From Candidatus Micrarchaeota archaeon (GTDB taxonomy: Archaea; Micrarchaeota; Micrarchaeia; Anstonellales; Anstonellaceae): a DNA stretch of 64,000 nucleotides. Every line of letters begins with the position of its first letter. The first letter of the stretch is position 1. The DNA lies in NCBI GenBank assembly GCA_026413765.1, contig JAOAKI010000004.1, positions 97,513 through 161,512 on the forward strand. Direction: 5' to 3'. A program made the position numbers and the translations under genes. Of this stretch, positions 18,838 to 28,622 are shown piece by piece. The notes below the pieces were generated by a model. It searched no databases. It had not been told where the DNA came from and saw nothing but the letters and a program-made list of their open reading frames with translations.

Positions 18838-21800
18838 CTACATAAATTCTGCAAGCCCTTTTTGCGGGCTTGCTTCTTCTGTGAACACAGAATTAATGTC
18901 TTTTTTGAGCAAATCCAGGCGTTGCCTTAGATAAAGTGGCAGATTGTAGCGGTTGATCGTATCTAATGCATGCTGGAGATATTTTGTAATCCCTCCCTTT
19001 GCAACAGTGAGCAAAAGCTTCCCTCCGCAATTGTTGCATTTCCCGCTCAACGGCACCCTGCGGTATTTGATTTTGCAATCGATGCATCTGAAATTTTGCT
19101 GGGAGAAGCTCCTCAAATTTCCGTATAAGTCTGGCAGAAAATGGTGCAATAACAGCCTTTCTGCAGCATCTGCCGCTTCAACTGCCGATATTTTTTCCTG
19201 CAATGCAAATTGCGCGTCAATTTTTTCAGCCATGTCTTTAAACTGCAGATATGATGTTATCTGAGGCCCAATTGAAATGCAACTTGTCTCATGCGTATAT
19301 TCAAGGCTCAAGTATTGTTCGGGCTTCCCAAGAACTTTTTTGACAATCTCCACGTTCGCATCTGATGGTGATGCCAATTTTGTAGTTTGCAGGTAAAATT
19401 CCAATGAGTAAGATTTGCATATTTCCATAGTATGGACTTCATCATCGATTTCACGCGGGTCAATTCTTGTTGTCAGGACCAATGGGGCATCCATTGTCCC
19501 GCCGCGTGATTCTGGCAAGAACGCTAAAGAAAAGTTAATGAGAGCATCCAAAAGCAATATTACACTGTCCTCATCTCCATCCGCATTTCTTCTTTTTGCC
19601 GCATGGAAATATGGGTGGGCAAATCCGACATTCGCGTCAGTGAATCCTATGACTCTGCCAAGCACAGCCGCGGATGTGTGTGGCGACAATCCAACCACAA
19701 GATGCCCGACCAAGTCTTCTTCCTTTTCCAATCTGTAGTAAGGCGCAATTCCGTATACTTTTTCTAGCAGCTCATCAATGAATTTCGCAACTCGGAAGAG
19801 ATATTTTGCGCCGTTTTTGGACAGTATTATATCTTGAACTTTGAGGGGGATTATTTGCTCATCCTCTTCAAGTGGCTTTCCATTTTTGTCGTGCGAATAG
19901 CCTAGCTCTTTTAGTTTTTCTATGCTTGTCCCTATTTCCTTTGGCTTGAAATGAGTCAATGGTACATCGGTCGCATCGAACCTGCTTGTCCCGTCTCTAA
20001 ATACATAGATTCTGTGTTTTGCCCTTAAGACCCCTTTTTCGAGTCTCTCCGGTATTTTTGATGAGGAAAATAAGCCTTCTACTCCTTTTATGTCCCCTAT
20101 CTCATCAATTGAAACCTTGCAGTTTTCCAAAGCCTTTTCGAAAAGAGACACAATATTGATGCTCCTTTTGTCCCATTTAGTCGTCTTTACTTTGCATTCT
20201 GGGCATTCATCAGCTTTTTGGTACCGATGGCATACATTGCAAACTGTTTGCTGCACTGCATAGCCGCCGCATACGCACTCGGTATAGATGGTTTGCCCCC
20301 CGCAGGCTTTGCATCTCAGCCTTGCAATTTCAACTTCTATCCCTCTTCCTTCTTTTTCAGCCCTTGATTTTAGTTTATTGTATATTTTTGTTATATTTGC
20401 ATTCTTGTCGATTGCTGTCCCAACGGGAAAGAGAACATTGACGCTCTTTTTCATTTTTCTTTCCCGCGCCTTTTCAGGTCGCCCCATTCTCGAGCCTATA
20501 TAGGTAGGTGCTTTTGCCATTATTTTCATGCCAGATATTTCAGACAAAAGTTCCAGAATCGGCTTTTTTTCATCAAATAGGGCTTCAAATTTTTCTCCTG
20601 TGATGTTCTTCTCAACCATGATTCCCATTGTTTTTAGCAGCGCATAAGCATCTTCTCCAGGTATTTTGATTTTGCCTTGCTCAACAATATGAGGGACGCA
20701 CAATTCTTCAAGAACAGCTTTTGTTGGCGACGACTCAAGTTCAAACGAATCAAGCCTGAACAGTCCATAATGCGGTGTTCCAGTTTTCAGCCACTCTGCT
20801 AGTTCTTTGAGCTGTTCGTGGGTGATGTTGTGCCAAAAGTACGTATATCTTGGATGCAACGGAATGCCTTTTTTTCTGCATAATGCAACAGCTTCCCCTG
20901 CTGTTAAATTATGCTTGATATTTTGCACGCCTTGTTTTTTTGCCTCTTGCTCAAACCACTCTTCGCACCATGCAGATGGCATGAGTGGGTGATTTGACTT
21001 CAAAAAATCTCCAACTGAAATTAAAATGTCGCCTAAGAATAGTATTTTTTGAATTTTACCATCCAGTTCTTTGGCTTGCTGAACAGTTTCTACTCTCACT
21101 ACAGAGCCGTCTATTAGTTTAACAACCGGCCCTTCAATTGTGTCGCAAGGAGTGACAACACAGCTTTTACCTGGTCTTTCAATTTTCATTTGCGTCCCTA
21201 CAGCCAAAAACGAGTCCAAGATATACATAGAGGCTGGATGGATAGCTTTACTCATAATGCCTGTTGCTCTTGTTCTGCCGTATCTTAACCTCCATCCACC
21301 TTTTTTTGACGGATAAGAAAAAATCACGCGGCCAGCAACTGATTCCTCCAAAAACCGATAATCAGGTTTTGGCAAAAATCCGCTTTCTTTGCTTGCAACT
21401 TTAATTATCGGCTCAAGCCAGCTCCAATCAAGATTAATTTTTTTAGTATATTTGCTTACTTTAGCCGCCTTTTGTGCAATCCCTTCACATATAACCAATG
21501 CTATTCCGCTTCTAATCCTATTTGTTGACACTCCATCTATGTCCCTGTAAACTGCGACTTCCTCCTCTTCGGTTGGATCGCCATCAATGCAAACTGGACA
21601 ATTTTTTACGATATGGCGTATATCATCATCGGGGGGACGGTATTGGAGATGCGCTGAGCGCGTCCCGTATATTCCAATTTCTTCTACATATCTTTCTATC
21701 TGGGTGTCTGTTGGTCGAAAATCGCCTATTTTTAGCTCACGCCTTGCAACGTCCCCAAGCACAACTGCTAAAGCCGCCACCGTGCCTCCTGCTGACCGAA

Positions 21801-22254
21801 TTGGCCCTGCAAAAAATATCGCAAGATACTCGCTTCCATCTGGGTTATTTCTGATCTCAACTTTGCTTATCCCCTCGGTAGGCGCCACCAAAACTCCTTC
21901 TGTAAGGATTCCAACGCCTGTCCTTATTGCTTGTTCAATCAGTCTGACTTTGTTGTTTTTGATTTCTGGTGGCAAATCAATTTCTCTATTGACGATCTTC
22001 TTTACTATATAATAGGCAATTCGTTCGCGTGATTCTCCGCTGCTTTCAAACTCTCTTATTAGGTTTGCTATGTTTGGCGGACCGACAATCCCTTCCACTC
22101 TTGCGGCAACATCGGCTGCCATTTTTATCTCAACATCCAGCGAGGGGTCAAGTTTTTTTAAGCGAGCCTTTTCCGCTATCCCATATGCTTCTTTCAGCTG
22201 AGCGTGCAGCTGCTGAAAATATTTTTCAGTCTCGTCGCAAGTATTTGGCCCCAT
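18838..22254 (-). CDS. DNA polymerase II (family D) large catalytic subunit DP2
   Basis: About 1138 aa, colinear with archaeal PolD DP2 and carrying multiple zinc-binding Cys clusters (CKACGG, CNVCHRY, CPEC, CIDCK, CNNCGG). Length is consistent with no intein. The track start at 22263 is a GTG. The ATG is at 22254. Confidence 0.92.
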   Translation of the reverse strand: MGPNTCDETEKYFQQLHAQLKEAYGIAEKARLKKLDPSLDVEIKMAADVAARVEGIVGPPNIANLIREFESSGESRERIAYYIVKKIVNREIDLPPEIKNNKVRLIEQAIRTGVGILTEGVLVAPTEGISKVEIRNNPDGSEYLAIFFAGPIRSAGGTVAALAVVLGDVARRELKIGDFRPTDTQIERYVEEIGIYGTRSAHLQYRPPDDDIRHIVKNCPVCIDGDPTEEEEVAVYRDIDGVSTNRIRSGIALVICEGIAQKAAKVSKYTKKINLDWSWLEPIIKVASKESGFLPKPDYRFLEESVAGRVIFSYPSKKGGWRLRYGRTRATGIMSKAIHPASMYILDSFLAVGTQMKIERPGKSCVVTPCDTIEGPVVKLIDGSVVRVETVQQAKELDGKIQKILFLGDILISVGDFLKSNHPLMPSAWCEEWFEQEAKKQGVQNIKHNLTAGEAVALCRKKGIPLHPRYTYFWHNITHEQLKELAEWLKTGTPHYGLFRLDSFELESSPTKAVLEELCVPHIVEQGKIKIPGEDAYALLKTMGIMVEKNITGEKFEALFDEKKPILELLSEISGMKIMAKAPTYIGSRMGRPEKARERKMKKSVNVLFPVGTAIDKNANITKIYNKLKSRAEKEGRGIEVEIARLRCKACGGQTIYTECVCGGYAVQQTVCNVCHRYQKADECPECKVKTTKWDKRSINIVSLFEKALENCKVSIDEIGDIKGVEGLFSSSKIPERLEKGVLRAKHRIYVFRDGTSRFDATDVPLTHFKPKEIGTSIEKLKELGYSHDKNGKPLEEDEQIIPLKVQDIILSKNGAKYLFRVAKFIDELLEKVYGIAPYYRLEKEEDLVGHLVVGLSPHTSAAVLGRVIGFTDANVGFAHPYFHAAKRRNADGDEDSVILLLDALINFSLAFLPESRGGTMDAPLVLTTRIDPREIDDEVHTMEICKSYSLEFYLQTTKLASPSDANVEIVKKVLGKPEQYLSLEYTHETSCISIGPQITSYLQFKDMAEKIDAQFALQEKISAVEAADAAERLLLHHFLPDLYGNLRSFSQQNFRCIDCKIKYRRVPLSGKCNNCGGKLLLTVAKGGITKYLQHALDTINRYNLPLYLRQRLDLLKKDINSVFTEEASPQKGLAEFM

Positions 22255-22262
22255 CCAAACCA

Positions 22263-23723
22263 CTATGATTCACGAAAGCTTATATGGTGCACTCTCCCAC
22301 TTTTTGTTTCTAAAATAGGCACAACGCATGGTGTTGGCACATGCCCAAGCTTCACTTGGTATTCTGTCCGATCTTGGAATGTGCCACTATTGATGAGCAA
22401 TGCTCCACGGTAGAGCATAAGGCCGTTTTTGTGCACATGGCCCATGTGCACTACATCTGGCTCTTCTTCAATAACCAAGTAGTCCGTTCCTTCAGGAACA
22501 ATGAGATTGTCCCCATAAATTGGCGATAGGTGGCGCCTTTTGACAAGTTCCATCATAGCTTCTTCTGGTTTTGAATAGGTCAGGCCGCTTAAACTTGCAA
22601 TTATTGAATCAAGTGAAGTGCCATGATAGATTAAGTGCCTCAGACCTTCGATTTCAACCGTTGCTGGGTTGCTTGTTCTTATTACATCTGTTTTTAGCAA
22701 GTCGTACGGAATTATTGGCTGTGGTTCGGCCCTTCTTACTGCATCATGATTGCCAGGAGCCACTATGACTTCAATATAATCAGGAATATACTCTAATGCC
22801 TTGTCCACAAGCTCGTATTGCTGATAGATATCTTTAACGGCAAGCTCCTTTTCCTGTTCAGGATAGATGCCAATCCCATCTACAACGTCGCCGCAAATGA
22901 CTATGTATTTTATCTTGCCGGCAAGCTCTTTTTTTCCTTCTGCACCATTTAACCAATTTATAAACCTGAAAAATTCCTTGTCTAAAAATTTTTTGCTGCC
23001 AAAATGCAAATCTGAAAGATATGCTATTGCCAGGTCATTCTCGGCCTTTTTTTGTTCTCTTGCAAACGGCAAATCTGGCCAGGTTATTGAATCAGAAATA
23101 AACAATTCACCAATACTTTTGCCATCAAAAGCGACGATATCGTCAAGAAGCATTCTTTGTGCAGCTTTAAATGCATCTGTGTCCTTATTTATGACAACTT
23201 TCGCATTCCCTTCTTCATCTTCAACGTCAAAAAGAATATTGCCTTTTTTTGTAATTCTCTTGTCCGTCACCATCCCGATTAATCTGACCTTTGCGTCTAT
23301 CACCTCTTTCACTTGGGATGTCGTAATCATTGGGTAAGGGCTGTTCCGCGTCTTCAAAATTTTTGAAATCCGCTGGAAGCGATTTCGAAAATAATTAACA
23401 AAATCCTCCAATTTGCCGGTGCAATTTGTCTTTCCGCTCACATCGCTTTTGCTTATCAAGCGAACGTTTGAATCATACTCCTTTGCCAGCGGCTTAAAAT
23501 CAGGCGAACGGCTGATGACTGCCTGAGTGGGTACTTTTTCTTGAATTGATATTAATTTCTCAATTGTTTCAAGGTTGATGATGGGCGAGTCTAACTTACT
23601 TATTTTTTCGATGACTTCTGGCTCGATTTTGTTGTTTTCGATGAAGTCATAAGCTTCTGGCGTAAGCCGTACGCCTTTCTTGTATAGCTCTACAATGTCG
23701 GTTTGCATCTTTCCCACATCCAT
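22263..23723 (-). CDS. DNA polymerase II (family D) small subunit DP1 (Mre11-like phosphoesterase/exonuclease)
   Basis: OB-fold N-terminal part, then calcineurin-like phosphoesterase motifs (LSDLHFGSKKF, VICGDVVDG, APGNHDA, HMGHVH). Its stop lies immediately before the DP2 start. Confidence 0.92.
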   Translation of the reverse strand: MDVGKMQTDIVELYKKGVRLTPEAYDFIENNKIEPEVIEKISKLDSPIINLETIEKLISIQEKVPTQAVISRSPDFKPLAKEYDSNVRLISKSDVSGKTNCTGKLEDFVNYFRNRFQRISKILKTRNSPYPMITTSQVKEVIDAKVRLIGMVTDKRITKKGNILFDVEDEEGNAKVVINKDTDAFKAAQRMLLDDIVAFDGKSIGELFISDSITWPDLPFAREQKKAENDLAIAYLSDLHFGSKKFLDKEFFRFINWLNGAEGKKELAGKIKYIVICGDVVDGIGIYPEQEKELAVKDIYQQYELVDKALEYIPDYIEVIVAPGNHDAVRRAEPQPIIPYDLLKTDVIRTSNPATVEIEGLRHLIYHGTSLDSIIASLSGLTYSKPEEAMMELVKRRHLSPIYGDNLIVPEGTDYLVIEEEPDVVHMGHVHKNGLMLYRGALLINSGTFQDRTEYQVKLGHVPTPCVVPILETKSGRVHHISFRES

Positions 23724-23809
23724 TGAATGCTGCTGATTGCCTCATTCGGCTTGCAGCTTTGCGCATAATGAGAAGCATGCATTGCTCCACAATGCACGCT
23801 TTCCTTCAT

Positions 23810-24064
23810 TCATTGCGGCTTGATTGATTCGAGGGCAGAAAGTATCGCCCACATTTGAGTCCTTGCATGCATAGGTATGTTTATGTCTTCACTTACTCCT
23901 TCGATGGCATAGATTGCCGCAGATATCCTCGTTGAAAGGTCGTCTTTGCTTTTGAGCCTTTCTTTTGCTTCCGCAAGAGCTCTTCTGATATTTTTCGGCA
24001 CCGTAGTGTCTTCACCCAATGTCTCAATCATTTCAATAATCTGCGCGACCTTTTTTTCCACCAT
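23810..24064 (-). CDS. UPF0147-family small protein (archaeal, about 85 aa)
   Basis: MVEKKVAQIIEMIETLGEDTTVPKNIRRALAEAKERL has the length and charge pattern of UPF0147. The track ORF is a 5' extension that reads through the tRNA gene on the opposite strand. It was trimmed to the ATG at 24064. Confidence 0.6.
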   Translation of the reverse strand: MVEKKVAQIIEMIETLGEDTTVPKNIRRALAEAKERLKSKDDLSTRISAAIYAIEGVSEDINIPMHARTQMWAILSALESIKPQ

Positions 24065-24164
24065 AATAACACCCTCTATTTCTAGTGATTGTAAGCCCTC
24101 TACCAGTCCTTTTTGGAATTTAAAGGAACTAAATTTATAATCATTCAACCAAAATATTTTATTA

Positions 24165-24271
24165 GGGCCCGTGGCGCAGGCTGGATAGCGCGGCAGACTT
24201 CTAGCGGTTCCCCTCTTTGTGGGTATGCGGCAGGAATCTGAAGGTCGTGAGTTCAAATCTCACCGGGCCCG
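24165..24271 (+). tRNA. tRNA-Arg(TCT) with an intron of about 32 nt 3' of the anticodon loop
   Basis: Hand fold gives a 7-bp acceptor stem (GGGCCCG/CGGGCCC), D-arm GCGC-10 nt-GCGC, anticodon stem GCAGA with loop CTTCTA (anticodon TCT), a T-arm GTGAG-TTCAAAT-CTCAC and discriminator G. About 32 extra nt (24204-24235) precede the 3' anticodon-stem strand TCTGA. The intron and anticodon stem 3' strand are not cleanly resolved by hand. Confidence 0.6.
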
Positions 24272-24273
24272 CT

Positions 24274-24936
24274 ATGCAGTCAGCTACACGAATAAAAAAA
24301 GGCAAGATAGAGAAAGTAATCACAATTCTGAAAAAAACTTACCCTAACGCCCGCTGCACGCTCAATTATAAAACACCAATCGAACTTCTTGTTGCCACGA
24401 TTTTGTCTGCGCAATGCACTGATGAAAGAGTAAACAAATTGACACCCCCTCTTTTTTCAAAATATAGGAAGGCCGAAGATTTTGCAGAAGCTCCTCTGTC
24501 CGATCTCAAGCGCTATATCAAGTCTGCTGGATTTTATAACACCAAAGCAAGATATATCAAAGAAGCTTGCAGAATAATTCACCAAAAATATGGTGGCAAA
24601 TTGCCAAATCAGATGAAGCAGCTTCTTGAGCTTCCAGGGGTCGGCAGAAAAACCGCAAATATACTGCTGGGAAATATATATGGGATTCATGAGGGCATCC
24701 CGATCGACACGCATGCCTATAGAATTAGCAGGAGGCTAGGCTGGACAGTCAAAAATAGCCCTGAGGCTATAGAATTCGACCTAATGAAAATCATTCCAAA
24801 AAAATATTGGCTAAAGATTTCGGATTTGTTTGTCCATCATGGGAGGGCAATTTGCAAAGCTAAAAAGCCTGCCTGTAGCCGCTGCCCTATTTCTGCCTAT
24901 TGTCCAAAAATAGGAGTCAAAAGAGTTGCAAAATAG
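24274..24936 (+). CDS. nth: Endonuclease III (HhH-GPD DNA glycosylase/AP lyase with a 4Fe-4S cluster)
   Basis: HhH motif LPGVGRKTANIL, catalytic Lys/Asp region and the C-terminal CxxxxxxCxxCxxxxxC cluster (CKAKKPACSRCPISAYC). The ATG at 24274 lies 3 nt after the tRNA. The track ORF start at 24217 overlaps the tRNA. Confidence 0.9.
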   Translation: MQSATRIKKGKIEKVITILKKTYPNARCTLNYKTPIELLVATILSAQCTDERVNKLTPPLFSKYRKAEDFAEAPLSDLKRYIKSAGFYNTKARYIKEACRIIHQKYGGKLPNQMKQLLELPGVGRKTANILLGNIYGIHEGIPIDTHAYRISRRLGWTVKNSPEAIEFDLMKIIPKKYWLKISDLFVHHGRAICKAKKPACSRCPISAYCPKIGVKRVAK

Positions 24937-25428
24937 CTACTTGAGAACAACCAGATTCGTCATTCCTCGCCTCTTTCTCTCTATGAGGCCGCGCTGCTCT
25001 AGCCTGTCTAATATTCTTGAAACTTTGACTTTTGTGAAGCCGGTTTTTTTCACTATTTCGGATTGAAATATTGATCCGTCTGAATTTTGTACCAATCCTA
25101 ATACAATTTTTTCATTTTGATCTTTTATTTTCTCTAAATCAAAGTTTGTAATTATTTTTCTTTCTGTCAAGGGCAAAGCTTCTTCTTTCTTTGAAAAAAT
25201 CAAGTAGATTGCGCCAAAAACTATGACAATATTGAGGAATAAAAGGAGCAGGATTACCATATTTTGCGTTTCAACAACTTTTTTGTGAGGACAGTCACCG
25301 TTTTCGTGCATGCAACTTTCCGCTGAAAGCTCATTGAGGGCGTTGTTGTAAAAGTAAATTGTTATTCCAGAAATGACAAGTACTATCAATAAAGTGATTA
25401 CCAAACTCGTTGAATTCTGAAACTTCAT
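24937..25428 (-). CDS. Membrane-tethered winged-helix transcriptional regulator. It is a putative metal sensor of the adjacent divergent cop locus.
   Basis: Two TM helices flank a Cys/His loop (ESCMHENGDCPH). A C-terminal wHTH follows (SEIVKKTGFTKVKVSRILDRLEQRGLIERK). It is divergently oriented from copZ with a 73-nt shared promoter region. Confidence 0.55.
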   Translation of the reverse strand: MKFQNSTSLVITLLIVLVISGITIYFYNNALNELSAESCMHENGDCPHKKVVETQNMVILLLLFLNIVIVFGAIYLIFSKKEEALPLTERKIITNFDLEKIKDQNEKIVLGLVQNSDGSIFQSEIVKKTGFTKVKVSRILDRLEQRGLIERKRRGMTNLVVLK

Positions 25429-25507
25429 GAAACTCCTCCTCTATGAAACTAGTTTCGCCAATACATATTTAAGTTGTTATCTATCCGCTTTCTGAGTTGG
25501 GGTGGCT

Positions 25508-25708
25508 ATGAAAAGAACTTTGTATATTGAAGGAATGCACTGCGCCTCGTGTGAAAAGCTTATTGCGATGAATCTGCTAAAAATAGCCGGTGTCAAAGCG
25601 GTAAAGGCAGACGCGCAAAAAGGGATTGTGGAGATAGAGGGAGAAGGTTACGATTTAGCAGTGGTCCGAAAAGCAGTCCAAGCGGCAGGATACAAAGTTA
25701 AGAGGTAA
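25508..25708 (+). CDS. copZ: Copper chaperone CopZ (HMA domain)
   Basis: GMHCASC metal-binding motif in a ferredoxin-like fold of about 67 aa. The track start at 25502 is a GTG. The ATG is at 25508. Confidence 0.88.
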   Translation: MKRTLYIEGMHCASCEKLIAMNLLKIAGVKAVKADAQKGIVEIEGEGYDLAVVRKAVQAAGYKVKR

Positions 25709-25712
25709 TAAA

Positions 25713-26438
25713 ATGGGCGAGGAGGAAGCGGACATCTTTTCTGAATTAAAGTCTTTCTTGCATTCTTCAATTTTTGGAGTAGGCACTCACAAACTTGAGC
25801 ATAAGATCTTGCGATATGCAACATACACATTTTTATCCCAGCTATTTGCCCTCGGGCTGGTCTATTATTTTTACTCCTCTTCTATTCAAAATTCAGAAAT
25901 TTTGTTCCCATATCTCTTGTATACAATAATTTCATCGGTTGCGGTTTCAGCTTCTTCATTTTACCATTATGCCCATCGCCTGAGCTTTACCTGCATGGAA
26001 GGGATGATGGCTGGCATGACAAATGGGATGATTGCTGGCTTTCTTTTTGGCGCCATCACAGGCGCCACAAACGGAATGTTTGTAGGGAGTTTGGTTGGGA
26101 TGTTTGTTGGCATGGCAATTGGTTTATGGTGCGGAAAGTGCTGTGGCATAATGGGTACACTTGAAGGTCTGATGGCTGGATTGATGGCAGGCCCAATGGG
26201 TGCAATGTTATCTGTCATGATGCTCTTTGACAATTTGGCTATTTTCATTCCTATTTTGGTTTTTGCTTGCATCATTATTCTTGTTGCGTTTGGGTATATG
26301 GTCAGGACCACTGCGGCTGCTCGCACAGAAGGAAAAGATGTCGGATTTTTGCCATTTTTCCTTTTCGCTCTTTTTCTGACTTTGTTTGTGCACCTTATTG
26401 TCTTGTTCGGTCCTCGCTCTACATCCGTGGTTGTATGA
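25713..26438 (+). CDS. Methionine-rich polytopic membrane protein, a putative Cu(I)-binding or transport accessory protein
   Basis: 241 aa. A central segment of about 80 aa holds about 18 Met in MxxxM/GMxxGM motifs plus a CGKCCG cluster. It is flanked by TM helices and sits between copZ and copA, overlapping the copA start by 4 nt. Confidence 0.5.
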   Translation: MGEEEADIFSELKSFLHSSIFGVGTHKLEHKILRYATYTFLSQLFALGLVYYFYSSSIQNSEILFPYLLYTIISSVAVSASSFYHYAHRLSFTCMEGMMAGMTNGMIAGFLFGAITGATNGMFVGSLVGMFVGMAIGLWCGKCCGIMGTLEGLMAGLMAGPMGAMLSVMMLFDNLAIFIPILVFACIIILVAFGYMVRTTAAARTEGKDVGFLPFFLFALFLTLFVHLIVLFGPRSTSVVV

Positions 26439-28594
26439 AACGTGAAGATTTTACGATCAATGGCATGCATTGCGCTTCCTGTGCGGCACTCATAAGAAGT
26501 AAACTCCTGTCACTGCCTGGTGTAAAAAACGCTAATGTAAATTTTGCCGCTGCAAGGGCACAGGTAGAATACGACAATACAATTCTAACTCAGAGTGAGA
26601 TCGTCAATGCTATCACATCTTTGGGCTATTCAGTATCTGTTGGTTTTGACCCTCAAAGAGAAAAACTCGAGCGACAAAAAGAGATTTCCAGCTTGAGAAA
26701 AAAGCTGATTATCAGCCTTCTGCTAACTATTCCCACCATCATTATTGGTATGTTTTTGATGGATTTCCCTAATAGAATGTTGATACTTTTTTTGCTTGCA
26801 ACGCCAGTCCAGTTTTTTGTCGGCTGGCAGTTTTATCTTGGTGCATTTTCTGCACTGCGCAACCGATCTGCAACGATGGATACGCTAATTGCTATTGGCA
26901 CTTCTGCAGCATATGTTTATTCGCTTGGAGCAGTTTTTGGTCTGGCAACTGAACAATATTTTGAGGTTTCAACAACACTCATCACGCTTGTCGTAGCTGG
27001 AAAATATCTTGAAGCAATTGCAAAAGGTAGAGCAAGCGAGGCAATTCGCAAAATGCTTGCTTTATCCCCAAAGTTTGCGCATGTGAAAAAAGGCAGCAAA
27101 GAGGTCAAGGTCCCTATTGAGAATGTAAAAAAGAATGATATTGTAATCATCAAGCCTGGTGAAAGAATACCTGTCGATGGAATTGTGTTATCGGGTCACT
27201 CGACTGTTGATGAGTCAATCATTACAGGAGAGCCAATTCCAGTGGAGAAGGCTCCAAAATCTCGTGTTGTTGCTGGCTCAATAAATCGACATGGCATACT
27301 TGTCATAAGAGCCCTATGCGATGGGAAAGATTCCACAATTGCGCGAATAATAAAATTGGTTGAAGAAGCTCAAGGCAGCCATGCGCCAATCCAAAGGTTT
27401 GCAGACATCGTAAGTTCTTATTTTGTTCCGCTCATTATATTTGTAGCCTCTACCACTTTTGTCTATTGGTTCGTAGTTGCCAATTTGCCGCTTTCGACTG
27501 CGCTTATGTTTGCGATCTCCGTGCTTGTCATTGCCTGCCCTTGTGCATTGGGCTTAGCCACTCCCACCGCACTTATTGTTGGGATTGGGATAGGCGCGCA
27601 GCGTGGCATTTTAATCAAGAATGCAGAGGCGCTAGAATCACTGCATAAAGTCAATGCTATTGTTTTTGACAAAACCGGTACTCTAACAAAGGGCAAGCCG
27701 GCAGTAACAGATATTGTGACATTTTATCGCTATGATAAGAGAAAACTGCTTACAATCTTAGCTTCGCTAGAGAAATACTCTGAGCATCCGCTGGCAGAAT
27801 GCATTTTGGAGGAAGCAAAAAAGAATCAAATATCCACATTAACTGTCCAAGATTTCAAATCTATTCCAGGATACGGCATAACTGGCAAAATTAAAGGAAT
27901 GCAGTTTTACGCAGGAAACCAAAAGCTTTTCAACCCTATACCAGCCAAAATCATGCGTGCCACTGCCACCTTAGAAAATGAAGGCAAGACGGTATTTTTC
28001 ATTGGGCAAAAGAAAAAAATAATCGGCCTTGTCGCAGTATCTGACGAAATAAAGCCAACGGCAGCGCAAGCTGTTGCTGAGCTCAAAAAAGAAAAAATAG
28101 AGTGCTGGCTGATTACTGGGGACAACCAGAGAGTAGCAAATGCGGTCGCAAGGAAAATAGGCATCCAAAACTTTTTCGCAAACGTTCTGCCCGAAAAAAA
28201 GGCGGAATATATCAAAGAGTTGCAGAAAAAGGGAAAATTCGTTGCAATGGTTGGTGATGGAATCAATGATGCACCTGCATTAGCGGCGGCAGATGTTGGA
28301 ATTGCAGTTGGATCAGGAACAGATGTTGCACTAGAGAGCGGAAGCATAGTCCTCCTGCGTTCCGATCCAATGGATGTCGTGCATAGCTTTCGACTTGGAA
28401 AAGCGACATTAAACAAGATTCGGCAAAACATGTTTTGGGCATTTATATACAATGTTTTGGGAATTCCCATCGCAGCCGGAGTTTTTTATTCCAGTGGCTT
28501 AGCCCTGTCTCCAATAATTGCAGGAGCAGCAATGGCTCTTTCAAGCATCTCGGTGGTGGTTAATGCAATATTGTTGAATTTTGAAAGAATATAA
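26435..28594 (+). CDS. copA: Copper-translocating P1B-type ATPase CopA
   Basis: N-terminal HMA domain (GMHCASC), TM CPC motif (ACPCALGLATP), DKTGTLT phosphorylation site, GDGINDAP hinge and TGE actuator. The 56-aa N-terminal extension in the track is the out-of-frame tail of the upstream gene. The ATG is at 26435. Confidence 0.95.
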   Translation: MKREDFTINGMHCASCAALIRSKLLSLPGVKNANVNFAAARAQVEYDNTILTQSEIVNAITSLGYSVSVGFDPQREKLERQKEISSLRKKLIISLLLTIPTIIIGMFLMDFPNRMLILFLLATPVQFFVGWQFYLGAFSALRNRSATMDTLIAIGTSAAYVYSLGAVFGLATEQYFEVSTTLITLVVAGKYLEAIAKGRASEAIRKMLALSPKFAHVKKGSKEVKVPIENVKKNDIVIIKPGERIPVDGIVLSGHSTVDESIITGEPIPVEKAPKSRVVAGSINRHGILVIRALCDGKDSTIARIIKLVEEAQGSHAPIQRFADIVSSYFVPLIIFVASTTFVYWFVVANLPLSTALMFAISVLVIACPCALGLATPTALIVGIGIGAQRGILIKNAEALESLHKVNAIVFDKTGTLTKGKPAVTDIVTFYRYDKRKLLTILASLEKYSEHPLAECILEEAKKNQISTLTVQDFKSIPGYGITGKIKGMQFYAGNQKLFNPIPAKIMRATATLENEGKTVFFIGQKKKIIGLVAVSDEIKPTAAQAVAELKKEKIECWLITGDNQRVANAVARKIGIQNFFANVLPEKKAEYIKELQKKGKFVAMVGDGINDAPALAAADVGIAVGSGTDVALESGSIVLLRSDPMDVVHSFRLGKATLNKIRQNMFWAFIYNVLGIPIAAGVFYSSGLALSPIIAGAAMALSSISVVVNAILLNFERI

Positions 28595-28622
28595 TTTCGG
28601 AAAATGAAAAATAGGTGAGAGG

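Noticed and set aside
18838-22254. A possible intein in the PolD large subunit.
   Set aside because: The length of about 1138 aa and the continuous colinearity with DP2 motifs leave no room for an intein insertion. No Hint/LAGLIDADG-like block was seen.
26267-26434. A possible extra N-terminal domain on CopA.
   Set aside because: The 56 extra residues are the alternate-frame reading of the upstream Met-rich gene. The canonical HMA domain starts at the ATG at 26435 with a 4-nt ATGA overlap.
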